A stretch of DNA of 64,000 nucleotides from Chrysomallon squamiferum (Eukaryota; Animalia; Mollusca): positions 3,720,001-3,784,000 of the forward strand of contig CM022675.1 of the NCBI GenBank assembly GCA_012295275.1. The letters are read 5' to 3'. The first letter of the stretch is position 1, and each line of letters starts with the position of its first letter. A model generated the notes under the pieces. It saw only the letters and a list, made by a program, of their open reading frames with translations, was not told where the DNA came from and ran no database searches. The translations under genes and the position numbers were made by a program. Positions 42,452-55,748 of this stretch are shown here, one piece after another.

Positions 42452-43374
42452 AGAAATAGGCGACACGCACTGAATTCACGCAGTCATTTATGAGTCAGGT
42501 GGTCTAACCACCAACAGAACGGTCTTCGCCTCTATCCAGTCTCGATCCTGTTTATGAATATTTTATTACACCCACAGGTACAACGACGTCGACATCATCT
42601 TATTGTGTGTGTAAATGTTGATCATCGTCCGCTGGCCTCGGGACAGTTTTGGTAATTGAACTGTCAATATGACTGGTTTGCAAACAACACCAGCACCAAT
42701 GGCGAAATAATGGACACGGAATTAGCGTTTCTGTTTCAATCTCTTTTCTAATTTTCGTAATATGTAGGACAACAGTTTTGATGTTGCTGTCGTAAATCAT
42801 CGACCAGGAGGCTGGTGGATCAAATCTCGTAGGGGATGTGATGTAGTATTATGGAGTTATTCCCCAAACAGTCAGTACATGTAAAGATGCGGTTTAAAGA
42901 ATGTATTTCCCTCTAGACCTAATATTTCTCACTCTGTAAAATTATCTTTATATGCATGTATATCTGTCATATTTGGAAATGAAAAATAATTTCAGAGAAA
43001 TAATATACGATGTAATTTTGCTTGTCAAAATGAAAAAAAAAACAAAAAAAACACAAAAAAAAAACCACCAAAAAAAAAAAAAAAAATAAATAAATAAATA
43101 AACACCATTTATTTTAAAGGTTTACAAGCAAAACGTTGTTATTGGGTTTTTGCTCCCATTATATTAATAAACTACACTGTATATCATTTACTATGGCTTT
43201 AGTTTAAATTTTTTATGTTAACGATTGATTGTAATAATGTTAATCATTATACTTAGAGAACTATATTTAAAATATTTAAAATAAACAATTAAAACAACAG
43301 CTACGACAATTAAGTAAATAAACAACAACACCTCTAGTAGTAATACAGTAATAACTGCATTGATGATGATGATG

Positions 43375-43409
<35 letters not shown>

Positions 43410-44033
43410 TTGTAGTAGTAGTAGTAGTAGTAATAGTAGTAGTAATAGTGGTAGTGGTAGCAGTAATAGTACTGGTAGTAGAAGTAATACTAATAGTAAT
43501 ATTTGGCAGTAGTAGTATAGGTAATATTAGTAAAAATAATAAAACGATAACATGAAGAAGAAAAATAAGAAAACGAATATGGGAAGACAGCAGTAGCAAT
43601 AATACAACAACGACAACAACTACATCATCATCATCATTAGCAACATTAGCAACACTTGGAACTTTACTACAACACAAAAACGATTCTGTTTATTCAAATA
43701 ACAACTACGTGACCCTAATCTGTGCTGAGTGTCATTTTTATTTTCTAATTTCCATTACTAACAACGTTTTATTCTCTATTATCTAATGTAGACGGCTTCG
43801 TTTATTTATTTATTTGATGTTTTTGTGTTCTGCTTTTTCTAAATTTACCTCATTCCTTACAGACAACAGACGTCATTGTGGGATAATTTGGTCAGAATTG
43901 GGTAATGGTGGACACAGTTAATGTCAATAAAAATTATAATATGGAAATATGATTCATAGAGGGAGAAAAAGAGACTGATTTATCGTCTAAGTAAATTAAG
44001 GGGAAAAAAGGTATAATAGTAGTAGTAGTAGTA

Positions 44034-44084
<51 letters not shown>

Positions 44085-44090
<6 letters not shown>

Positions 44091-44900
44091 TCTGTAACAA
44101 TAACAATGACAACGCCAACAGTAATAATAATAATAAAATAACAAGGAAAAATACTAAGAATATATTTGAAAGAAAAAGAACAGACGAAACAAAAAATAAA
44201 ATAAAAATAAGTTAGCGAGTAAGTAAAATAATAATAATAATACTAAATACAAAAATGAAATAAAATAAAATACTGAGAAGAACAATCATATAACGAAAAC
44301 AAAAAACAAAAAAAATTGTTGTTTGTTGATACGGCGGTGTAACATCCTCTAATTTCTGAATATTTGAGAGAAAAAAAAATGAAAATGAAAACAATCGCAA
44401 TAAAGGAGAAAAATGTGCCAGATTAAGACGAAAACAACAACAACAACAACAAAAAGAGAAATTTCCCCCAAAAACCCCACAAAACACACATACAAAAAAG
44501 GTATAATAATAATAATAACAACAACAACAACAACAACACAATATCGGTAACAGGTAAAATAACAACGCCAACAGTAATAATAATAATAATAAAATAAAAA
44601 GGCAAAATACTAAGAATATATTTGAAAGAAAAAGTATTGACAAAGTAAGAAATAAAATAAAAGTAAGTAATAATAATAAAGTAAAAAAAAAATTTTTAAA
44701 AATGAAAATAAAAAATAAAACAAAATAACGAGAAGAACAATCAGATAACAAAAAAAAAAAAAGACGAAGATAAAAAAACGTTTTAGATTATAACGGCTGT
44801 TCAGCATCCTCTCATTTCAGGATTTTGGAGAAGAGCAAAAAAAAAAAAAAAAAAAAAAATACAACGATCGTAATAAAAGAGAAATATGAACCAGACTGAA
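44085..44900. repeat. Local tandem duplication, ~455-bp unit
   Basis: acaacgccaacagtaataa...aatactaagaatatatttgaaagaaaaag and catcctct(a/c)atttc blocks occur twice, in units starting at about 44085 and 44540. Confidence 0.8.
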
Positions 44901-45045
44901 AAAAAAGAAAAAAGATTTGAAATGTCATACCCACGTGAAGGTCAATTTTTATTTTTTATTTTTTTTTAGTTGTGTGTGTTTATTCTTCCGTTCTAAAATG
45001 CCGGCCGCTATGTGACTCATAACTCGCAATGAAAAATATTTGGTA

Positions 45046-45114
<69 letters not shown>

Positions 45115-46229
45115 TACAACTTCGTTTTGCATCGCATTGTAAATTAATGATTCATTGGCAGTTTTTAAAATCATCATACAAATATATATGCTGTGAAATA
45201 TTCAGTCATTTCACGTAACGCACGCAGACGGCTTCCTGTGTGGTTACGGTAGTCTCGATAACTCGGTGCTGTTTCCCGTACAGTATTGTTGCAAAGTACT
45301 TCCCTTGTAAGACGCATTTATCCATTGTATATTCGACTCACTCTTTTACAAGATTTTCTTGAATTAGAAATGATTATGCCAGGCGTGAATTAGGTCAGAT
45401 AATTGATAATTCAATACTTTTTCTCTTATCTGCCCCCAATACCAAATTGCATTTTCACATTATAAATACATTTTCACCTAGGGGCTTGATGCATTCATCT
45501 CCCTCTAAGCCCCACGGGCCTTAGCTTAGCCTAGTTCCTAAAACCCATTTCCATCACTGCATATAACTGTCATGTAATGCACTGAAATGTTTGAACAGTT
45601 AAACCAAACTCACTTTACAGTCAAAAACAATTTCTAAATACGATGAGTTCTGTTTATAAACATGCTATATGAACAGATACGTTTTCTTGTTCTGAGTTTT
45701 AAGTTATACATGAAATTACTAAGTATACTTATACATATATACACACTGTTATATACATAATCGTAAATACCTACACATAAAAATACATAGAACAAAACAC
45801 AGACTCACAAATACACACACACACTATTGCAGACACAAATATACAAGAAACATACACACACGGACAGTCAGACAAGAAGGAAGACAGAAATGCATATTCC
45901 TATTCATTAACAGAAACAAACACAAACGTACACAAATTCCTAAAACAGATTGCCCATTTCTTTAGCTGCATAAATGTTTATAATTAACCAAATAGCGTAA
46001 TCATGAAAATGACCGGCAATCTAGTAAAGGTCACGTCTGCTTAATAAACTTTCTTTTATTTCGCGAATACCTCGTGCAAGCAAGAAGCAAAAGTGGAGAA
46101 AGGGTTGGCGGACGGTCTTATTTCCTGTGGGAGGGAAACAGGTTTCTCGGTTATTGGAACAAAAGTCATAGTTAGTACAACTTGTTGTTGGGAAGAAGAA
46201 CGAGAAAATAATGAAAAATGAAAAATGGG

Positions 46230-46279
<50 letters not shown>

Positions 46280-46953
46280 TGCAAAGATAAACAGATAGAT
46301 AGAGAGATAGATCGATCGATATAAAGAATACAAAATGGAGAGATAGAACGAATGAGTGAGAGATAGGCAGAAAGAAAAAGAGATGGGAGAAATAGAAAGA
46401 GAAAAACACAGAAGAAAGATAGCTGGATAGGATCTGCACCAAAAGAAATATAAATTTAAAAAAAAAAGAAAGAGTAGAAATAAAATATAAAAAAAGAATA
46501 ATTGTTTTATTTCAGCTACATCTTTCATAAAAAAAAAAAAAAAAACCCAAACAAACAAAAACACATTGACAACGTTAGCATCATCATCACATTAACGTCT
46601 TCAACTTCGTGGTCAGGCTTATTGGCGTCGTAGTTGTTTTTGTAATTGAATCACGTTTGACACTAAATACAATAATCGTGTAACAGATCAGAGTTGATTT
46701 ATGTCTGTTTGTAGCATGTGTGTGTCTGTTTGTTCCAAATTAACTGTATGAACATGAACAGTTGAATGCATATAAATGAATATAACTGTGTGAGTGAGAG
46801 GGAGAGAGAGAAAGATATGGTAAAAGAAAATGAGAGAGAGACAATGTGAATGTACGTGTTTTTTTTGTTTTTACAATTTTACAATACATAAGATTATATA
46901 ACCTGAAACTAACATTTAGTCTGACAAACATAATAATCGTGTGTGCATTTCTG

Positions 46954-46990
<37 letters not shown>

Positions 46991-47389
46991 TTATATATAG
47001 ATGTGTATGCTGCTGCTTAGTATGAACGTGTTAAATAATGTGAACTAACATATGACATCAGTTTTAACAATTTCGATATAATTTGCGTTTCTGTTCGGTT
47101 TACTGTGAACTTTGGTATATCAGTTTTCAAAGTAAATTACGGTTGTTATGTTATTATTTTATTTATTTATTTATTTATTTATTTATTGTCTGGATTTATT
47201 CATTGTTTTGTGCATGCGTTTGTCTTTGCGTGCAACTGTGTACTTGTGCATGTGTGTGCGTTAGTGTATAACCTTTTATAATACGTGTGAAGAAAATAAA
47301 AACAGTTTTGTTTTGTTAAAGAGATTATTTTAATTATAACAGAGAGGGTAGAATCAATCTAGAAATCAACTGTTAAACAATACAGGTAA

Positions 47390-47536
47390 TCTGAGAAGAA
47401 ACCCGTTGAACAAACGCAATGAGCTACTCTTTTTTCAATTAACGGGAGGGGGATATTTTATATACATGTGTTAGTGTTATAACTCTCTTATATATATATA
47501 TATATAGCTGATGGAGCACGGTCTAGAACGGGAAAA
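47390..47536 (-). mobile_element. MetaSINE fragment
   Basis: gagaagaaacccg...gagctactctttt...ggatattttatata...tggagcacggtctagaacggga resembles the reverse complement of the Meta domain. Confidence 0.55.
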
Positions 47537-47880
47537 AATGAAATAATCGTAAATATGATTTGTTAAAATGAACTGAAAGTCAAAGACAGATTATGCAGCA
47601 TATTAATTCAGTCTTCCTTTCCTCCCACGTTTGTGTCACGTGACCTCGCTTCGCCAGGGGACGTAATTATAGCAATGAAAAATCGCTGCATGAAGTCAAA
47701 TCTGTCACATTTTTACCATTTTATTAAATAAATAAATCAATATACTCGTTAACATGAAGCAGTTGTGTGCGTGAAACATCATCAAACGTACACGACTGTT
47801 CCGGCGTTTAGCTAGCCCGGTGTTCCTCTCCGAGCTGCAGTTAACCAAGGTCGGTTAGGAAAGAAAGAAAGAAAAAAAAA

Positions 47881-47911
<31 letters not shown>

Positions 47912-47954
47912 AATAAAATAAAATAAAATAAAAAAATAAATATAAGAAACTATA

Positions 47955-48050
<96 letters not shown>

Positions 48051-48787
48051 ACAATAAAACAATATATTTAAGCGAAATGGGATTTATTTTTATTTTATAT
48101 ATTCATTTTTTAATTATTTTTTTCAAATTTAATTTCCACTTCGACCTCAAAACCTTTCACCAATCACCAATTTCCGCAGCCACTCATTTGTTTTATATCG
48201 AGAAAAGACATCCGCTTATAAAAATGAATTTTCAGAAAACTTCAACGAAAAATGTTGAATTGATGAATTTTACCATTTCATTAATACAACAAGAACTACT
48301 TTCTTCTTCATTTTGGTTCATTTTCTTTTTTGTAACAGTTTTGCGTAATGCGATATGCGACACTATTTTCTGAAGTGGAAGAAGAAATGAAATTAGTTTC
48401 AGAATATAATAAAAATTACTATGATAACCTTTACAAAACACATCTAATAAAAATGTCAATACTAAAAATAACTATTATTGAGAAACTAACCTATAGCTAT
48501 TTTAGCTTTAAAATCAAGAAAAGATAATTGGTAAATCGAGACAACATTCTCGAAATACCACATCAAGGGTATGGTAATATCGAGACTACGCGATGGCGAC
48601 TGAAACTTTAATAACCAGAGATAATAGAATGAAAGGAATAAAGGAAATCAAAACTGTGTCTCGATAAACGAATTAGAAGTTGACGATATTGTTATATTGT
48701 ACATTGTGTGATTTTTACATTTGTACGTGACACAACTAAAGTACAAATAGGTAATTATAACAATAATACAAGATGGACATACGCTGG

Positions 48788-48845
<58 letters not shown>

Positions 48846-49674
48846 AAAATAAATAAAAAAGTCTCGTTTCTTTTTAATAGAATAAAACCTTAGAAATACT
48901 AGATTAAGATATTTATTTATGTGCTTGTTTTCTTATTTAATCGTAGAAATAGATATACTTTATTATAGTATGGTTAGATATAGGTCTTGTAATGTTTATT
49001 AACCATTTTGTAAACTATAGACGTATACAACGTCTGGAATAATATTTAATATTCTTTAAATAAAACATGATATAGAATTTGTCCGGTCTATAAATTATTA
49101 TTCCATTTCGGTAATTGTGCCAGATATTAGTCTCGCCATCATTATTTCAGTCCATTGCATCTTATTGACCTGTTGTAACGTGACAATTCAGTATCGAGTG
49201 ATTCCATTGGCTGAGTCCCAAGAGAATTAACCAATCTGTATAAACTATTTAAAAGACTAAACTGGGGGGGGGGGATAATTAGCTGATCGATTTTATTAAT
49301 TTTGTTTTTCCTTTTTAAGCTTTAATTTTAACTCTTTTGTGAAGGTTATGCCGCGGGTGAATTAATACTCTGTATAATAAAAAGATGACGATAGCAATAA
49401 AAATCAAATACGTGTAATTAATTAAATGTTGCATGTGAATTCGATGTAAGGTTTTAGAGACTGCTATTCACTTATATCCGTAAGTTTATTTTAACAGATT
49501 AATCTGATGCCAAAACTAAACCAAAACAAATATCCTCTGATTTTCAGTCTAGTCGCACCATTCCCTTCTATAGGAAATATAACACCCATCAGTGTCAACA
49601 TTAATTTATCGATTCTTCTTTCACGCATCAAGACTTAAAAAAAAAAAAAAAAAAATTTAAAGTTTCTGGTAGTA

Positions 49675-49705
<31 letters not shown>

Positions 49706-50219
49706 TTATTTCTAATTTAAGAAGAAAAAAAGAAAAACAAATTGAGTTCTTAATTGTCTTCCTTGTAATTAATATTAAATTGTTAAGATTTCTGTTCGTA
49801 TGAAAACACCTTCTAAAATAATATTAATTTACACTGGCACACTCACAGCTCGGCTAAATGATGTAAACAAACATCAGATCCATTCTTCGTTATCCATGTA
49901 TGTAACTCGAAACATGAAATTAATCTGTACGTGGAATTATTTCACAAGAATCGAAAATATTTTATTAGCATCATCAAAGAGGGATAACTTGTATCACAAT
50001 AATAATATTAGAATTACGGTTCCTGTATTGTATATTTTTGTGTTTATTGAAATCGAAACGAAAACCAGAAAAGTATACGTTAAAAAAATTATTTCTTTTA
50101 TTGCATTTTTAATGTAAACTATTTTCATTATCTGGACACTCAATTTTTAATATTATATTGCTGTTAGTACAGAAACTTAATTAAATATTTGTTTGTTATA
50201 TTTTTAATTTTTTTCACTC

Positions 50220-50321
50220 TCAGTGTCCGTTTCACCCCAGATTTCATTTCGCAATCGTGATATTTCGCGCTTCTATTGAGAAATGCATTGTGGGTGCCAT
50301 GTGCAATACGCAAGATGGCGG
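50220..50321 (+). promoter_or_regulatory. PA2G4 proximal promoter / 5'UTR
   Basis: E2F consensus TTTCGCGC at 50263-50270. YY1-type AAGATGGCGG at 50312-50321 overlaps the ATG. Confidence 0.5.
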
Positions 50322-53300
50322 ACTCGGAGCCAGAAAATGTCGAGGAAACTCCGGCAACAGATATTGTTGTCACAAAGTATAAAATGGCTGGTGATATGGT
50401 TAATGGTAAGAAAAAAACTTGTTTTAATAATATTTAATATATCGGCTATTTTAGTTTAGTGGTTTAGCGGTTATTTAAATTAATAACAACAATTGTTGCT
50501 TCGGACCATGTGTTACTTTTAATTCTCACCTTCTGTTTGCAGAGATTATGATTCAGAACACATATGTTTTAATTTTAACAAAGATAATTATATTGCAAAG
50601 AAATTAACGACACTTTTTAACTAAAATTTTTACCGTCAGAATTGCTAAAATAAATAATCATATTAGTTGCATTTAACACTTCAAAGATAACTAACAATTT
50701 CAAAAACAATGTATTACATTTTTATTGTTTATTTATTTACTTCGTTTTTAAAAAAAGGAAATAATTTTTTTTTAATTTGCATTCAGACTGTGTTCGTTAT
50801 TCTAAAATAAATGGTGAAGCTAATGTAAGTTGTAACATGGTCTTATGAGGAAAAGCATTTAAATTAATGCGTGTTGTTAAAACTTACTGTTAACTTATAA
50901 AAAGTTGATAAACAAAAAACGGCGTAAGAAAATTGTGAGTAATTTTTTTTATTCTTTGCAATATTGTTATTACTACACTGCAGGAAGCACTAAATATCGT
51001 TTTGTATAAAAATGTTACGTATGTAACTACAGTTTTCAGTGAATTGTGAAGCAGAATTAGAAAAAAGTTTAATGATATAGGACTTGTTAGAACAAAATGT
51101 GAATTGAATTCACATAAACCGCTCCAGTTTATATAACAGCTTTATAAAATATAAGTATTTATATTTCAACCTAAATGCATCAGTAGACTTAATAAATTGA
51201 AAACTATTTTATACTGCCAGAAGAATTTAAACTATTTTCTGAAGTTAAGCAGATTATTAACATTTATAAATATTTTAATCTGGTAATCCACTAATCCATG
51301 ACACGTCAGATCTCAGTGGTTTGATGTGAATTTTAAGTTGGAATATAAAAAAAAAAATGAATCGTCTTCGGCGCTGATGTTAAAAATACTTCAGATCCAT
51401 CCTCTTGGTTCACTACATTTATTATTTTTAAGGAAATTAATAATTTTTTTGTTTGTCTAAATGTTAAATAAGTTTTACTGACAGTTTTTATTATCTGTAT
51501 TTTTATTAGTTAGTAGATGGATTAAGTAATAAAAAAACCCACACACATTGTAAAGTATATATTTTAGTACTGTATTACTCTTCTTCCTAAGATTTTATTC
51601 AAATGGGGCACTAATCATACATTTCCACAATTTCGGTGTGGACTTGTTTCAAAATGTTTTCCTTGCACCCACCTATTTGTTTTATTTAACAGCAGTCATA
51701 ATTAATATAAATTATTATTTTTATTTTTTAAAAATGTTTGTTATATAAATTCCCACTTGTCCATGAGTGGAATTTGATGCACTGGTTTATCTTTGGTGAA
51801 GAGTAGATAACATGCAATGACTCTAACCATAGACTAACAAAATTGAGTCATTTATTTTCATAAATATTTCTTCCTTAGACGACAATCGGTATTATTTTTA
51901 ATTTTTTGTAGACGTTTTGAAGAAGGTGATAGGAAAATGTGTGGCAGGTGCTTCTGTTTTAAGTATTTGTGAGTTTGGAGATGCCCTGCTTCTAGAAGAA
52001 ACTGGCAAAGTTTTCAAGAAAGTGAAGGATATGAAAAAAGGTTTGTTTTCTTTGTATTAGTATTTCATTGTTATTTTTTTAAATTCAGAGAAAGGATTTC
52101 ATCCATACAGTTTTTGTAGCCGTGCAGAATATTATTTTATTGTCCTTTATCATTTGTAAAAGAAAATGTTGCATTAGATAAGAGGATAGGTTAATACTAT
52201 TTTTCTACATGAAGTGGAAGGATTTAACTTTGAAATTTGATTTTTTTTTTTTTTTTTGCTCTGAAGTATTTAATTTCATACATTGTTTTTCATTTCTGTG
52301 TAAAAGAACAGTTGTCAGTGTTTCAGCTGATATTACACTATTTAAAAATTTTAATTTATAAATGTGAACTACTACAGTGATTACGACTTGCTCTCCAGCA
52401 TTTGTTTCTTGGTTAAGCTTAATTTTAGAATTAATCTCATCAAATTAGAATTAAGCATGTTTAGATAACCCGTTTCAAATATAGGAATGTGCTCTGGCTG
52501 CCTACTCTTTCATATCATTAAGATTTGGTGCTTTAGTATTTGTTTTTAAGCATTACTTAATACATATACAGAGGTCTCGCTACATATTGTAAGAGATGGC
52601 ACATTTCACACACACACACACACACACACACGTAAATATACAGAGAACGATACAAAACTACACACACACACACACACACAAACACGTATATATAAAGAAT
52701 ATATTTCACAGAACAACCAAACAAAACTCGCTGGCAACAGACACTTTGATTTTATTTACTTGCAAATAAAATGACATTTAATCCATTTGATGCCATTATT
52801 TATAGGAGTATTTTTGAGAAACATGTATTTTGATCATTTCCTGCCATCCCTTTCACAAATGTTGGGGAGACAACTGAATATGGTTTCAAAAATATTTTAT
52901 TTTATTTTTTCAGGAATAGCATTCCCTACCTGTATTTGTGTAAACAACTGTATATGTCACTATTCACCATTAAAGTCAGAACCAGATGTCATCCTGGCAG
53001 AGGGTGACTTAGTGAAAATGTAGGTATAGTAAAAATCGTTGGTTTCCCTGCTCTGCATGTTGTAAAGTATTTTAAAACTAACTTTATATGATTCTGAAAT
53101 GTTTTAATTTAAAACAGTTCATACATCATTTTTCTTAATTTTATCATCATAAAGTTGAAATGATGTACAAAATGTGCTACTTTGTAAATAAACATTTCTT
53201 AGTTTTACAGTATCTATTGTGAAAATAACAAAACAAAACCAAGCTAAAAATCAGACAAAAAGCCACATCATTTTTAGGAATATTGTAACAGCTAATCCAC

Positions 53301-55717
53301 TAATCCATGACACATCAGATCTCAGTGGTTTGATGTGAATTTTAAAGTGGAAGATAAATAAAAAGTGAATCGTCTTCGGCGCTGATGTTAAAAATACTTC
53401 AGATCCATCCTCTTGGTTCACTACATCATTCAAATCATTTTTAAATTTGTACAAAATATATTTTTTTGTGATTTTTAAAGCTTAAGCATTGATTGTTTAT
53501 TTTACACTGAATATAACTAGATGTATTCAGTTTACAAACTTGCAGAACAATAAAAATATGGTGTTAACTGCTCTCAGAATGTGCTTTTTTATGTTTCATG
53601 TATGATAAAAAGACATATTCAGTTTATGGACAGTCAATAATAATGCAGCATTAACTGTTGTGAAAATGTTTGTAAGATACGTTAGAGACAAAATGTTTAT
53701 TTTATTAATTATTTTTTTTATTTATTTTACAGAGATCTTGGAGCCCATGTTGATGGTTACATTGCAGTTGTAGCTCACACTTTTGTAATAGGAGCATCAA
53801 AAGTGAGTTTTTCTCATTTTTAAATATTCACACACTGATCCACAAACATGTTCACACAACAGACGCACATGCAAATGGATGTACATGCATTCATACAATA
53901 CATACTAAGAAAATTGAATTTTGTGGGGCTTGATTCTGCCAGTATGACATCAGTAATGTTGAATATAGCAAACAGCAAGTTGGTGTGATTTATTTGAAAT
54001 CTTGAGATTCTGTGTTCTGAATTCTGCCAAAGTGGAAATAATCGTTGAGAAATGCAGTTAATTTGTTTAAAATAATAAAACTCTTTGTTTAAAAACGAAG
54101 TAAATGGTTAAAATGTGACGCAGAAGTGTGTTTTATGTTTTAGGACAAGAAAGTGACTGGCAAAAAGGCCGATGTCATAGTTGCAGCGCACAGTGCCAGT
54201 GAAGTAGCCCTGAGACTTGTAAAACCAGGAGCAGAAGTGAGTTTGTTTTCTTTAACTTTTAAAAAAACCCAATAAAAAACATCTTAAATGCATTAAATAG
54301 AAAATATTACTGACATGTTTGAAGATTTTGCACATAAAAGTGTGAGAAAGTAATAATGTTAACATATCATGTGACAGAAGTTAATTTCTGAACATGCTTA
54401 TTAATAATAATAATGTAGATCTGAGTCACAATAAAAGAAATTAAAATTATTTCGTAAATAAATTTGATCTGGTATTGTGTTAGCTAATCTGGTAATCCAC
54501 TAATCCATGACACGTCAGATCTCAGTGGTTTGATGTGAATTTTAAAGTGGAAGATAAATAAAAGGTGAATCGTCTTCGGCGCTGATGTTAAAAATACTTC
54601 AGATCCATCCTCTTGGTTCACTACATTTATTACTTTAAAATGCACTTAAAAGTATTTTATTAATATAATATACATCTAATTAAACCTCTGTATTATTATT
54701 ATTAATGATAATAATTTTTATTATGCCAAAAAAAAGAGTAATAATAATAAAAGTAATCAATAAAATGTATCAAAAATATTAAACTGTCAAAAATTTGATG
54801 TGTTTTTCAGAATTATGCAGTTACAGATGCCCTACAAAAAGTAACAGAAAATTTTAAGTGTAAACCAATTGAAGGTAACTATATTTTTATTTGTTATTTG
54901 TAAATTTATTTAATTTATTTTTTTATATCTGAAAGGTGTGTTTTATTATTGTGTGTTTATTTATCAGATCATCAGCTTCCCAGTATATAAGTGGTTTTAA
55001 ATAGTTTGATATGTATACAGTACTTTCAAAAGTTAATAAAAAATTAAAACCCCCAAAATGCTAACAATTGCATTTCCATTCTTTTAGGAAGATCTTAAAC
55101 TGTTTGAGTTAAGCAGATATAAAAATGTAATTATGAAATTTTTAATCTGGTAATCCACTAATCCATGACACGTCAGATCTCAGTGGTTTGATGTGAATTT
55201 TAAAGTGGAAAATAAAAAAAAATGTGAATCGTCTTCGGCGCTGATGTTAAAAATACTTCAGATCCATCCTCTTGGTTCACTACATTTATTATTTTAAAAT
55301 ATTGGAAATATTTTTGTTCAGGTTATTGTTATTATTATTATTTTCTGAGGATTTAACCTGACGAAGTTTAAAAAACTGTTGATAATTAAAGTATGATCGA
55401 AAAAGAGGTCTTAAAAGTACAGTATATACAAATATTACTTTTATGGTAATAACCACTTCCACGTGTATTTTGTTCCTTAAAAAATGACATGAAAAGGACC
55501 ATTTGCTTTTTCACTGTACAATATATATATATGTATATACACGCATATATATGTTCTTTGTTCAGTGATGTCATTGCATTCATTATTTAAAAAAAACATT
55601 AAAAAATATTAACTGTTTGTTTATTTTATTAATGTAATATACATCTTATTAAACCTATATTATTAATAATTTTAAGTGAAAGCTAATTTATTATATATTT
55701 TACCGACAGCAGTTTGC

Positions 55718-55748
<31 letters not shown>

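Noticed and set aside
42600-42800. 66-aa minus-strand ORF in unique sequence
   Set aside because: No homology recognisable by eye and no splice signals; more likely an enhancer or transposon relic.
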